Assembly (NCBI GenBank): GCA_963664395.2
Contig: OY761159.2
Span: 2,944,001 to 3,008,000 of the forward strand
DNA from: Candidatus Binatia bacterium
Lineage (GTDB): Bacteria; Desulfobacterota; Binatia; Bin18
Direction of reading: 5' to 3'
Length of the DNA: 64,000 bases
Part shown: in pieces, positions 1 to 10,517 of the stretch
How the letters are laid out: each line of letters opens with the position of its first letter
How positions within the stretch are numbered: the stretch's first letter is position 1
Notes under the pieces: generated by a model
Told to the model about the DNA's origin: nothing
The model's database searches: none
The model's input: only the letters and a program-made list of their open reading frames with translations
Position numbers and translations under genes: made by a program

Positions 1-301
1 GCTTGACATCCTCGAAACGATGGCCCGTATCGCTGAACGACTCAGCCCAGCGCACCACCCGGCTATCCCAGGCAAAGGCCGGCATGGGGAGCGTATGCCG
101 GTCAGCCACATTCATGCGGGTCCCAAAGAAAATCAATTCCATATTGGGACCGTGCAGCAGATGGGCCAGGCGCACCGCGGCTTCAACAATGGGCATGGCC
201 ACCCCGACCATTAAATGTTCTGTGTCTTTCAAGTCGCGGGCAAGAAAAACGGCCATAAGCTCTTGAGCGGAAACATCTTGGGCAGAAACATCGCTCGGCA
301 T
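1..301 (-). CDS. CoA-transferase beta subunit (5' part; runs off window)
   Basis: Read manually: ATG at 301 gives MPSDVSAQDVSAQELMAVFLARDLKDTEHLMVGVAMPIVEAAVRLAHLLHGPNMEL..., typical of family I CoA-transferase B subunits. Lies directly downstream of the alpha subunit. Confidence 0.75.
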   Translation of the reverse strand, partial: MPSDVSAQDVSAQELMAVFLARDLKDTEHLMVGVAMPIVEAAVRLAHLLHGPNMELIFFGTRMNVADRHTLPMPAFAWDSRVVRWAESFSDTGHRFEDVK

Positions 302-323
302 AGTTTTTTCCTTGGGGGTTTAA

Positions 324-1199
324 TTAGTACTCGTGCAGTTCCAGCAGCCGCCGGATACCGATCTGTTCCAGATAGTCGGCATGGGTTTCCGGCCCTTGGC
401 AGTAGCGGGCGAAATACGCGTGCAGGGCTTCGGGGTCGCCTTTGGCCGCAGCCGTTGAGGCGTCCAGATAGCCTTTGAGATGGGCGTTGTCCTGGATGTA
501 ATAGCCCCGGCTATAGAACGGATGGGCGCCGTAGGGGACGCGCACGATGGCATCGGCGCCGGCAATCGTTGTCGCCCACGGGTCCTTGCGGATTTCCTCG
601 TTGGCCACGATTTTTTCCACCTGGACAATGGTGTGGTCCGCGGCGCGCTGCATAAACAGATCAATCCAGCCCGGTCCGCCAACGTGCTGGACATTGCCAT
701 ACGCGTCAGAAACGGCCGCGTGTAAAATTGTCACGTCGGGCTTGATTGGCGGGACGGCCAGCAAGGTCTCGCCCTGAATCGGGTCGGTAAAGACCTTGAG
801 GTCCGGGTTGACTTCGGGCAGGGAAGTCCCGACGCCGCCGCGCCACGGCAGGAAGGGCAGGCCCTGGGCCGCCGCCTGGAGGCCCGAGGTCAGGATGCCT
901 TCTTCACATTCCCAGACTTCGATTTCGCCGCGCTCTGCCGCGCGGCGAAAGGCCGGTGCGACTGGCACCCCAAAACCTCCACCGGCGTAATAACTGACCA
1001 CTTTTTTGACGCAACCGGCGGCAATGAGCATGTCCAATGACAGGCCGACATCAACAACGGTCAGGTCCTTCAGGCCGCGCCGGATTATCTGATGCACAAG
1101 GGCCATCGGGGTAGGGGAGCCTACGGCAATCGTCATGCCGTCTTCGATCCGGCTGGCTGCTTCAACTTCATCAATAACGTGAGAGGTGCGTGATTCCAC
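324..1199 (-). CDS. CoA-transferase alpha subunit (glutaconate CoA-transferase A-like)
   Basis: Motifs DMLIAAGCV, FRRAAERGEIEVWE, GLPFLP, D-x-x-GNV. GTG at 1199 is preceded by a GGAAGGA RBS; the ORF track start at 1274 is probably too long. Confidence 0.85.
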   Translation of the reverse strand: MESRTSHVIDEVEAASRIEDGMTIAVGSPTPMALVHQIIRRGLKDLTVVDVGLSLDMLIAAGCVKKVVSYYAGGGFGVPVAPAFRRAAERGEIEVWECEEGILTSGLQAAAQGLPFLPWRGGVGTSLPEVNPDLKVFTDPIQGETLLAVPPIKPDVTILHAAVSDAYGNVQHVGGPGWIDLFMQRAADHTIVQVEKIVANEEIRKDPWATTIAGADAIVRVPYGAHPFYSRGYYIQDNAHLKGYLDASTAAAKGDPEALHAYFARYCQGPETHADYLEQIGIRRLLELHEY

Positions 1200-1210
1200 G
1201 AGTATTCCTT

Positions 1211-1234
1211 CCCTTCGACTAGGCTCAGGACAGG
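1211..1234. repeat. REP-like extragenic element fragment (CCCTTCGACTAGGCTCAGGACAGG)
   Basis: Resembles the widespread CCTTCGAC-AGGCTCAG REP-type motif from memory. Single copy in this window. Confidence 0.35.
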
Positions 1235-1377
1235 CCTGATGCTTGATATACGCCCGTGTGTACTCCCTTGGCAATGGTCTACGAAGGGTTGTGATTTACG
1301 GACAGACCCTGGTGGGTTACACTTAGTGACCAAGGTCAGGCCGCTTGCAGGCCGCGGGTGAATAGGAGGAATGCACT

Positions 1378-1785
1378 ATGGCAAAGACCGTACGGGACAT
1401 TATGAGCGCCGAGGTGACCACGCTGGGCCGGAACGACACGCTGCTGCTGGCAAAGGATATCATGAACCTGGGCCGCGTCCGGCACTTTCCGGTCGTCGAG
1501 GACGACGAACTGGTCGGGGTGGTCAGTCAGCGCGATCTGTACCGGGCCTCGCTCGGTACGGTCATGCAATATGGAGAAAAGGCCCAGCGCGCCTTTCTGG
1601 AAAGCGTCGCGGTCAAGGAGGTCATGGCCGATCCGATTTCCATCAGCCCGGACGCAACGGTCCGGGACGCCGCCCGGCTGATGATGGAGCACAAAATTGG
1701 CTGCCTGCCCGTGTTGGAGGACAGCCGGCTGGTCGGCATTGTGACCGAGACCGATATGCTGCAAGTCGTGGTGGATATGGCCTGA
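1378..1785 (+). CDS. CBS-domain pair protein
   Basis: Two CBS motifs (VRDIMS...HFPVV...LVGVVSQRD; VKEVM...IGCLPV...LVGIVTETD). AGGAGG RBS. Confidence 0.92.
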   Translation: MAKTVRDIMSAEVTTLGRNDTLLLAKDIMNLGRVRHFPVVEDDELVGVVSQRDLYRASLGTVMQYGEKAQRAFLESVAVKEVMADPISISPDATVRDAARLMMEHKIGCLPVLEDSRLVGIVTETDMLQVVVDMA

Positions 1786-1861
1786 GGGCTACCGTGTTGC
1801 ACCCGGTGCGACAGAACGACACTACCGGAGGAAGCGATCACAACCGCAAGGAGGAGACCGC

Positions 1862-2209
1862 ATGGAAGACAAAGACCGTCTGGGAACCAAGCTGCAACAA
1901 AAGGAGCGGGCCGAGGAAAGCCACTACTTTGCAGAGCGCGACCGTGAGTTGATCGGCAAGCTGAAGGGGCAACGCGAGGCCGAGCACGAGGCCACGGTGC
2001 GTGAGCTGGCCCTGAACCGCTGCCCCAGGTGCGGGGTGCGGCTGACCACGCGGCTGATCGACGAGGTCGAGATCGACGAATGCGATCAGTGTCAGGGCAT
2101 GTGGCTCGACAAGGGCGAACTGGAAGCCATGTCCAAGCAGAAGGGCAGTCACTGGGTCAAGCAGTTCTTCGACGGCATGGGCCATATCCTGACCGGCCCC
2201 AAAAGCTAG
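1862..2209 (+). CDS. zf-TFIIB-type zinc-ribbon protein with charged helical N-terminus
   Basis: CPRC...EIDECDQCQGMWLDKGEL motif. AGGAGG RBS. Confidence 0.8.
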   Translation: MEDKDRLGTKLQQKERAEESHYFAERDRELIGKLKGQREAEHEATVRELALNRCPRCGVRLTTRLIDEVEIDECDQCQGMWLDKGELEAMSKQKGSHWVKQFFDGMGHILTGPKS

Positions 2210-2213
2210 CCGA

Positions 2214-5181
2214 CTAGGAGAGTCCGACGCTCACCCCTACGAACCAATACCGGCCCAGGCCGTCATACAGGCCGGGGAAGGTGTTGCCGTTGCCGGCGAA
2301 AGAGGGCCCTGCCGCGTTGCCCGCCAGCGGCGGGGCCTTGTCGAACAGGTTGTTCACGCCGACGCGCAGGCTGGTGTATTCATTGTAATTCCAGATAGCG
2401 GCCAGGTCGAAGTAGTGCCGCGCCCCGAGATCGACCTGGGTGGAGTTGAGATCTTCGACGCCGCCGATGTAGCGCCACATGAGACTGGGCCGCAGCCCCC
2501 ACGGTGTCACCCAGGTGGCGCGCAGATTGTTCCGAATATCCGGGGTCGGAAAACCGCAGGTGGCCCCCCAGTTGCCGGCGCAGTCTACCTTGCGCGCCCC
2601 TTGCAACTCCTGCTGGTCCCAGGTGGAGGTGATCGACAGGATGTCGCTGAAGCGCAGCCGCCCCCAGCGGCCCATTCCTATGACACTAAGCGGGAGGTCA
2701 TAGCCGACGGTGAGGTCGTAGCCCTGCACTTCCTCGATGGCCAGGTTGTCCAGCAGGGACACGATGCGACCGCTGTTGTCGATGTCGGAGCCCAGCCACA
2801 GGTCGCCGCTCCGCCCGCGTCTGACCTTGGCGCACTGCGAGGCGTTGCCGTCCAGACATTCGTTGAGGATGAACTCCGGCGTCAGGGTGCTGATGCCTTT
2901 GCTGATCTCGATCGAATAATAGTCCAGGCTGAGGTTGAAGCCGGGGATAAAGCCGGGCGTCCACACCAGGCCGAAGGAGTAGGTATCCGATTCCTCCGGT
3001 GCCAGGTCAGGGTTGCCGCCTTGCAGAAAATTGTACTGGGCCGCCGGGGAATTTTCGATGTTACCGAACTGGCTCGCGGTCACGCCGCTGCGGGCGCAGT
3101 CCTCAAGGCTGCGGCCCTCGGCCGTCCTGCCGTTGGCGACAGGCCCGGCACACGGGTCGGCGTTCATCTCGAACAGATTGAAGCCCTGCGGCAGGAAGCG
3201 TTCCCGCATACTCGGTCCGCGAATCGCCCGCTGGAAACTGGCCCGCAGTCTGAGGTCGGCATTAATGGCCCAGCCCGCGCGGACCCCAAAGGTATTGGTC
3301 TGCTCGCCGTAATCGTAGTCGGAATAGCGATAGCCCCCATCCAGACCGAGTTCTTCCACAAAGCGTACGCCGTCGATCAGCGGGAGGCCGGCTTCGATGA
3401 AAAACTCCGTCACGTCGGACCCGCCGCTGACGGGTTGGCTGGCGCCGCCCTGGCCGGCTCCATCGCCGCTGCGGTAGGCTTGGTCGGGTTTGAATTTGAG
3501 ATTGTCGTCGCGGTATTCGCCGCCCAAGACCACGTCCACGCCCGTAGTGGCGAATGGCGACCGGATGCCATAATCGCCGAGATGACCGGCGATATAGCCC
3601 GACACGACCGTCTGGTCGGTCGCTCCGCGGGCGGACAGGGGCAGCGTCAGGTAGTCGGTCATCTCCTGGGTCACCGCGCCCTCCCGAAAGATGTTCCAGG
3701 GGACGCAGTTCGGGTCGGAACCATCCAGCACGGAACGGCAGACAACTCGACCGGTTGCCGGGTCGTGCACCGCGTCCAGCGCCCGCCCGATGCGGGTAAT
3801 CGACAGGTCGTTCAGATAGGTGTTCCGCATGCGGACCTCGGAGTATTGGTAGTGCAGGTCGTAGCGCCAGGTATCATTAGAGGTCGCCGCGCAGACCGAA
3901 CACGCCCCGATAGGAGGTGTGGTGCAGGTCGTTTTGCCGGTTGCCGCCCTCCACATTCCGGCGGCCGATAAAGACCTGCTGGCTGTCATCTCGCGTCAAT
4001 CCATACGCGCCGCACAAGGCTTCAAACTGTTGCTGGGACAGGAATGGATTGCCGCAGCCCAGCGTATCGGTCACAAAAAACGCGCCCGAGGGGGCGATCT
4101 GGGCTACCGAGCGATTGTCCATGAACATGAACTCGGTGTAGGCCTCGACCCGGTCGTGCAGGTCGTAGTGGGCAAACAGGCCGGCGGTCCAGCGCCGGTC
4201 GGGGCGCTGGAAATAGTTCGATGGAGCGTAGTTGAACAGGGTCCCGCGGCGGGGCACGAAGCGGTCGCCCTCCACCTTATAGTCAAAGCTCTCCAGACCC
4301 CGACCTCGCAGCACGCCGAAGTCGGAAAAGGTGCCCTGCGGCTGGGTGGCCGAGCCGGAGCACTCGGTCAGGTCGTTGCTCAGGGCACACGAGCTGTAAT
4401 CGCGGTCGGCCTGGAGCACCGGGTCGATATCGCGGTAGGTGCCGTAGACCGTGACGTTACCGCGCTCCAGGTTTTTGCCCATGATCAGCGAGACATTCGA
4501 GATATCGCCGTCGGATGTTGAGCCCTTGGCGACCTCATAGCCGGCATCTTGGACAATCCGCTGCCACCTGTCGTTGCCGTTGTCGTGCTGGTATTGGCTG
4601 AACTGGTAATCCAGCTTGATGCCCTCGAAATCGTCAACCATCAGAAAGTTGACCACACCGGCGACCGCGTCGGAGCCGTAGGTGGCCGAGGAGCCGCCGG
4701 TCAGCACCTCAACGCTCTTGATCAGCGCGCCCGGAATCTGGTTGATATCGGCGCCGACTCCTCCTTGCAGCGGCGAGCCGGCCGGCAGGCGGCGGCCGTT
4801 GACCAACACCAGGGTGCGTTCCGCGCCCAGGTTGCGCAGATTCAGGGTCGCGGTGCCGGTAGCGCCGTAGGCCTGACTGGCGTTCTGGGCGGAGTACACC
4901 TGCGGCAGGGTGCGCAGCATATCCTCCACCCGGGTGGTGCCCTGGAAGGACAGGTCTTCGGCCTCAATCTGGATGACCGGGCTGGAGCTGACCAGATTTG
5001 CCCTTTGGATACGTGAGCCGGTCACGACTATCGCTTCCAACTCTGACGGCTCTTGGCGCGCTTCAGCCTCCGGCAGTGCGGCGCTCGGCTGCTCGGCATC
5101 TGCGTCCTGGGCACGGGCCGGTGCGGCAGTCAGCAGCAATGCCACCACGACCCCTTTCCATAGCAAAGTTCTTTTTGCCAT
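2214..5181 (-). pseudogene. TonB-dependent receptor, split by a +1 frameshift near 3879
   Basis: Signal peptide, TonB box (EAIVVTGSRI), plug (NLRNLG...RTLVLVNGRR, YGSDAVAGVVNF), C-terminal GRYWFVGVSVGLS. Sequence reads GAC CTC T AAT GAT ACC TGG; removing one base restores GDLNDTWRY, matching the paralogue GEIADVWRY. Confidence 0.85.
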
Positions 5182-5214
5182 GAGAACTCCTTTGTTGCCG
5201 CCCGAAGCGCCGGG

Positions 5215-8200
5215 TCAGGAGAGGCCGACACTCATGCCGACGAACCAGTAGCGGCCCAGGGCATCGTACAGGCCGGGGAAGGTGTTGCCACCTCTGCCGG
5301 CTTCACCGACGAGCGGCGGTTCCTTGTCAAACAGGTTGCGGATGCCGATACGCAGGCTGGCGTACTGGTTGACCTCCCAGATCATCGACAGGTCGAAATA
5401 GTGCCGGTCATTCACCGGGATGGGGCGATCCGGGTCGGTCTCCGTGCTGGTACTGATGTAGCGCCACATCAGGCTGGGTTGCAGCCCCCAGGGGCTCAGC
5501 CAGGTGGTCCGCATAATATTGCGGATTCTCGGGGTCGGGGTGCCGCATGAATAGCCCCAACTGCCCGCGCAGGCGATCTTCGGAATATCATCCGTTGCCT
5601 TCAGCGTATATGTATCGAGAAATGAAAGCCGGTTCGTCAAGTTGACAGAGCCGTAGCGACCAAGACTGAGCATATAGTCCACGCTGAAGTCATAGCCGCG
5701 GACGTTGGCGATGGCCAGGTTTTCCAGCACAGCCTGAACATGGCCGGTCGTCTCGATTGTGTTGGAAGACAGCCACAGGTCGCCGCCCGGCCCACGATTG
5801 ACCTTGTCGCACTGCGAGGTTTTGCCGTCCAGGCAGCGGTTCAGGACAAACTCGGGTGACAGGGCGCCGACACCACCCTTGAGTTCGATGGCGTAGTAAT
5901 CCACGCCGAAGGTGAGACCCTCAAGAAAGCCGGGCGTCCAGGTCAGGCCAAACGAATAGGTATCCGCATCTTCGGGAAGCAGGTCAGGGTTGCCGCCGAT
6001 CAGAAAGTTGTACTGACCGGCTGGTGAGTCGGGGATATTGCCGAACTGCTGGGCGGTCACCCCGCTGCGGGCGCACTCCTCAAGGGTGCGGCCGGCAGCG
6101 GTTTTACCGTCAACCACCGCGCCGGCACACGGGTCGGACGACATATAGATCAAGCCCAGCCGCTGCGGCAGGAACTGTTCCCGGATGCTCGGGGCGCGCA
6201 CCGCCCGCTGATAGCTGCCGCGCAGGCTGAGGTCGTGGTTGATGGCCCAGCCGGCCCGCACGCCGTAGGTATCGGTCTGTACGCCGTACCAGGAAGAACG
6301 ATAGCCCCCATTCAGGATCAGTTGGCGCACGAACGGAACGTCTTCGATGAGAGGAATACCGACTTCAAAGAAAACCGCTGGCACGTCGAACCCACCCTTG
6401 AGGGGCTTGGGTGCGCCGCCCACGCCGGTCCCGTCTCCGCTCTGGGTCACCCGGTCGGGCTTGTAGTTCAGATTTTCCTCGCGCCATTCACTGCCCAGCG
6501 CGATATCGAGGCCGGTGGTGGCGAACGGCGACACCAGACCGTAGCGGCCGAGATTGGCCGCGATATGGCCGGACATCACATGCTGGTTCGTGCTGCCGCG
6601 GGTCGTGCGTGTTTGTGTCAGGTAATCGGTCATGTCTTTGGTGACCGCGCCGTCCTCGAAGATGTTCCAGGCCACACAGTTCGGGTCGGCACCGCTCAGC
6701 GCCGAGCGGCAGGCGATGTCTCCGGTCGCGGGGTCGTAGACCGCATCAAGGGCGCGGTTGACCCGGCTGGCCGACATGCCGTTCACGAATTTGCTCAGCG
6801 CGCGCACCTCGGCGTATTGGTAAGACAGATTGTAGCGCCAGACATCGGCAATCTCGCCCCGCAGCCCGAACACGCCGCGATACGAGGTGTGGTGCAGATA
6901 ATCCTTGCGATTACCGCTCTCGACGCTGCGCCGGCCGATATACACATTCTGGATATCCTCTTGCGTCAAGCCGTACTGGCCACACAGGGCCTGAAACTGC
7001 TGATCGGACAGAAACGCATTGCCGCAGTGCAGATCCCTCTGCCTGAAGAACGAGCCCGAGGGAGCAATCTGGGCGGTGGTGCGGTCGTCCATGAACATCA
7101 GTTCGGTATAGGCCTCGACGTATTTGTGCAGGTCGTAATGAGCAAAGGCGCCGGCGGTCCAGCGCGTATCGGGCCGTTGAAAGTGATTCGGGGGCGCGTA
7201 GTTGTAGGGGCGACCGTCCCAGTTCGTGAACTTGTCTCCCTCGACCTGATAGAAGAACGGCGGCCCCGGATTATATCCGGGCCTGACCTTGCGGGTGCCG
7301 AAGTCGGCAAACAGGCCCTTGGGTATCGTGCCCGAGCCGATACACTCGTCAAGACCGGGTGTCAAATCGCAACTGGAGTGATCCCGGTCGCCCAGGAAAA
7401 CCTCTCCGCCGTCACGCCAAGTCGCGTAGGCGGTGATGTTGCCGCGATTGCCCAGGTTTTTGCCCAGGATGAGCGAGACGTTGGACAGCTCGCCGTCCGC
7501 GGTGGAGTCGTCGGCAACGCTATAGCCCTGGCTGGAGATCAGTTTTTTCAGGGCGCGATTGTCATTATCGTGCTGATGCTGACTGAACTGATAATCCAGC
7601 TTGATACCCTCGAAATCGTCGATCAGGATGAAGTTGATCACCCCGGCGACCGCATCCGAACCATAGGTCACCGAGGAGCCGCCGGTCAGGACATCGACGC
7701 GCTTGAGCAGCGCGCCCGGAATCTGGTTGATATCCTCGTTGCCGGTCCCCCCCCAAGGCGAGCCGGCCGGCATGCGGCGGCCGTTGATCAGCACCAGGGT
7801 GCGCGATGAGCCCAGGTGGCGCAGATTCAGGGTTGAGATCCCGCTGGCGCCGTTGGCGTTGGAGGCATCCTGACCGCCGGTAAACACCGAGGGCAGGGAG
7901 CGCACCAGCTCTTCCACCCGGACGGTCCCCTGGTGCAGCAGCTCTTCGGCATCAATGCTGACGATCGGGCCGAGCTCGACCCGGTCGGCCGCCTGCTGGA
8001 GCCGCGAACCGGTGGTCACGATCATCTCTTCCAGGGCCTCCAGTTTCTGTGGCTCTTTGTCGGCTTCGGCCTCAGGCCGTGCGCTAGCTTCGGCTTGCGG
8101 CTGTTCAGTTCCCGGCGGATCGGCGTCGGCTGCGCCGGCCGGTACGGCGGCGAAGGTGATGAGTAATGCTGTTGCTATGGCTCCGGCGAGCTTCAGCCGT

Positions 8201-8226
8201 ACCTCGGTATAGGTGATTACATTCAT
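5215..8226 (-). CDS. TonB-dependent receptor (1003 aa)
   Basis: Signal peptide, EEMIVTTGSR, plug motifs RTLVLINGRR and YGSDAVAGVINF, barrel C-terminus NLFDKEPP...GRYWFVG. Confidence 0.93.
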   Translation of the reverse strand: MNVITYTEVRLKLAGAIATALLITFAAVPAGAADADPPGTEQPQAEASARPEAEADKEPQKLEALEEMIVTTGSRLQQAADRVELGPIVSIDAEELLHQGTVRVEELVRSLPSVFTGGQDASNANGASGISTLNLRHLGSSRTLVLINGRRMPAGSPWGGTGNEDINQIPGALLKRVDVLTGGSSVTYGSDAVAGVINFILIDDFEGIKLDYQFSQHQHDNDNRALKKLISSQGYSVADDSTADGELSNVSLILGKNLGNRGNITAYATWRDGGEVFLGDRDHSSCDLTPGLDECIGSGTIPKGLFADFGTRKVRPGYNPGPPFFYQVEGDKFTNWDGRPYNYAPPNHFQRPDTRWTAGAFAHYDLHKYVEAYTELMFMDDRTTAQIAPSGSFFRQRDLHCGNAFLSDQQFQALCGQYGLTQEDIQNVYIGRRSVESGNRKDYLHHTSYRGVFGLRGEIADVWRYNLSYQYAEVRALSKFVNGMSASRVNRALDAVYDPATGDIACRSALSGADPNCVAWNIFEDGAVTKDMTDYLTQTRTTRGSTNQHVMSGHIAANLGRYGLVSPFATTGLDIALGSEWREENLNYKPDRVTQSGDGTGVGGAPKPLKGGFDVPAVFFEVGIPLIEDVPFVRQLILNGGYRSSWYGVQTDTYGVRAGWAINHDLSLRGSYQRAVRAPSIREQFLPQRLGLIYMSSDPCAGAVVDGKTAAGRTLEECARSGVTAQQFGNIPDSPAGQYNFLIGGNPDLLPEDADTYSFGLTWTPGFLEGLTFGVDYYAIELKGGVGALSPEFVLNRCLDGKTSQCDKVNRGPGGDLWLSSNTIETTGHVQAVLENLAIANVRGYDFSVDYMLSLGRYGSVNLTNRLSFLDTYTLKATDDIPKIACAGSWGYSCGTPTPRIRNIMRTTWLSPWGLQPSLMWRYISTSTETDPDRPIPVNDRHYFDLSMIWEVNQYASLRIGIRNLFDKEPPLVGEAGRGGNTFPGLYDALGRYWFVGMSVGLS

Positions 8227-8262
8227 TCACGCGCATGTAGGCCACCAATGGATATTTGTCAA

Positions 8263-9933
8263 TCACGGAGGAGGGTTCGATGAATTGAGCGCCTCCGACT
8301 TGGCAATCTTGGTGATTGCCGCATTGGAGAATTGCGCATGAAAACCCAATAATTCCCCGTCCTTACCGCACCGCGCCTCACGGCGCAGTTCGACCCAGGT
8401 CGTGAGGGCCATCCCGATGAGGACCAGGGTGAACGGGAAGCCCGCCGCGAGCGCTGCGGTCTGCAATGCCTGTAGACCGCCACCGAGCAGGAGGGCAATG
8501 GCGACCAGCCCTTCGAGCACGCACCAGAACAGGCAGCGCCCAACCGGAGCGTTGAAATTGCCGCCGGCGGTGATGGTCGCGACGACCAGCGAGCCGGAGT
8601 CCGATGAGGTGACGAAGAAGATGACGATCAGGACGAGAGCGACGACCGAAAGCGGACCTGTCAGCGGCAGGGGTTCGAGCATTTTGAACAGCGCCAACTC
8701 CGGTGTCCAGGCGGTCACGGTATCGATCACGCCGGTGTAGCCGTCGGTGAGATATTGGTGGACGGCGGTCCCGCCAAAAGCACTCATCCACAACAAACCG
8801 AACAGCGTCGGCAGGAGGAGGACGCACAATAGGAACTCGCGGACTGTCCGGCCCCTGGAAATGCGGGCGATGAAAATACCGACGAACGGTGCCCAGGCCA
8901 GCCACCAGGCCAGGTAGAAGGTGGTCCAGTCGTGCAGGAAGGCGGTGTCCTGTCGGCCGACCCAGTTGCTGAGCGGCACAATTTCGGTCAGGTAGGTGCC
9001 CAGCCCGCTGAAGAAACCGGCCCAGATATAGAGGGTCGGTCCGATCCCGATAATGCACACCAGCAGCCCCACCGCCAGAATCGCGTTCAACTCGCTGAGA
9101 CGCTTGATGCCGACATTGATCCCGGTCAGCACCGAGCCTGTCGCCACGGCGGTGATCAGCACAATGAGCACCACCCTGGTGAGGTCGGTGGCCGGAATCC
9201 CGAACAGATAATTGAGACCGCCCGTCACCTGATTGGCACCCAGGCCGAGCGAGGTAGCAAGCCCGAACACGGTCGTAAAGACGGCCAGCGTATCAATCAG
9301 GTGGCCGGCCCAGCCCCAGATGCGGTCACCGAGCAGGGGATAGAAGGCCGAGCGAATAGTGAGCGGCAGGCCCCGGTTATAGCTGAAGAAGGCCAGGGCG
9401 AGGCCCACAAGCGCGTAGATGGCCCAACCGTGCAGACCCCAGTGAAAAGTCGCCGCGGCGATGCCGAGGGCGCGAGCCGTCTCGGGGTCGGCGGCATTAA
9501 TACCGAGCGGGGGATGCAGAAAGTGTTGGACCGGCTCCAGCACCCCGAAGAACATCAGCCCAATGCCTATGCCGGCGGCAAAGAGCATCGCCAACCAACT
9601 GACAGAGGAGTACTCCGGGACGGCCTCTCGTCCGCCGAGCCGCACCTTGCCGAGCGGGGAGACAGCCAGACACAGGCAGAACAGCAGGACAAAGTTGGCG
9701 GTGAGCAGGAACAGCCAGTCGAACTGAGTGGTGAGCCAGATCCGAATACCCCCAAAGACCAGTGTCGCTCTTTCCGGGAACAGCAGCGTGCCGAGGACAA
9801 AGACGATGATGGTGAGTGCGGAAACCGGGAAGACCGCCTTGTCGATATCCGGACCCGATATCCGGGTATTGCTCCGCCCGCTCCCGTAGCCGGGTCCGTC
9901 GTCCTGCCGCGCGTGTTGGTCCACTTGGCTCAT
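8263..9933 (-). CDS. BCCT family (betaine/carnitine/choline) transporter
   Basis: Signature motifs SWLAMLFAAGIGIG, FHWGLHGWAIY, WWLAWAPFVGIFIARISRGRT, FFVTSSDSG. Confidence 0.95.
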   Translation of the reverse strand: MSQVDQHARQDDGPGYGSGRSNTRISGPDIDKAVFPVSALTIIVFVLGTLLFPERATLVFGGIRIWLTTQFDWLFLLTANFVLLFCLCLAVSPLGKVRLGGREAVPEYSSVSWLAMLFAAGIGIGLMFFGVLEPVQHFLHPPLGINAADPETARALGIAAATFHWGLHGWAIYALVGLALAFFSYNRGLPLTIRSAFYPLLGDRIWGWAGHLIDTLAVFTTVFGLATSLGLGANQVTGGLNYLFGIPATDLTRVVLIVLITAVATGSVLTGINVGIKRLSELNAILAVGLLVCIIGIGPTLYIWAGFFSGLGTYLTEIVPLSNWVGRQDTAFLHDWTTFYLAWWLAWAPFVGIFIARISRGRTVREFLLCVLLLPTLFGLLWMSAFGGTAVHQYLTDGYTGVIDTVTAWTPELALFKMLEPLPLTGPLSVVALVLIVIFFVTSSDSGSLVVATITAGGNFNAPVGRCLFWCVLEGLVAIALLLGGGLQALQTAALAAGFPFTLVLIGMALTTWVELRREARCGKDGELLGFHAQFSNAAITKIAKSEALNSSNPPP

Positions 9934-10010
9934 GCCTTCCTCCCCCCGCTACGGATTTGGCGCTCAGATTGTAACTCTTCAGACGGCGCATTGATATGCG
10001 CAGGGCGGAA

Positions 10011-10080
10011 GAGGCTTGTCACGGCAGGAGGCGCAGGCCGATATACACCAGGGTGAAGACCGTCAGAAAGACGATTCCAG
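10011..10080 (-). repeat. Direct repeat copy 1: orphan 3' end of the Nramp-like transporter gene
   Basis: 59/70 nt identical to 13993-14062 by manual alignment. Encodes GIVFLTVFTLVYIGLRLLP-stop. Confidence 0.88.
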
Positions 10081-10086
10081 TGTCAG

Positions 10087-10517
10087 GTTGTGGATTGCGG
10101 ACAGACCTTGGTGAGTTACACTCGCCTGCTCTGCGTCCGATATCTCCCCGTCGTTGTGGATTGCGGACAGACCTTGGTGAGTTACACTGTTCAGCGCCCG
10201 CACCTTACACCGGCAGTTGTTGTGGATTGCGGACAGACCTTGGTGAGTTACACTACTCGTACAGGAGATAGCGACCAGCCACGGGTTGTGGATTGCGGAC
10301 AGACCTTGGTGAGTTACACTGCCTGACCGCGCACACCGGCACGTCTGAATGTTGTGGATTGCGGACAGACCTTGGTGAGTTACACTAGGAAACCATACGA
10401 GGCTGAGCGAATCCCGTTGTGGATTGCGGACAGACCTTGGTGAGTTACACTTATCGAAGAAACGATGAACGCACGCGCTGCGTTGTGGATTGCGGACAGT
10501 CCTTGGTGAGTTACACT
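10087..10517 (+). CRISPR. Type II-C CRISPR array, 7 repeats of 36 bp, 6 spacers of 29-30 bp
   Basis: Repeat GTTGTGGATTGCGGACAGACCTTGGTGAGTTACACT starts at 10087, 10153, 10219, 10285, 10351, 10416 and 10482 (last has one substitution). Orientation inferred from the GTTG start and tracrRNA complementarity. Confidence 0.98.

Noticed and set aside
2415-7809. Long plus-strand ORFs (518 and 524 aa)
   Set aside because: Antisense shadows of GC-rich TBDR genes; no motifs.
10057-10086. Sequence before repeat 1 acting as a self-targeting guide against the transporter gene
   Set aside because: The repeat-proximal (seed) bases do not match 14061 onward, and there is no upstream repeat.
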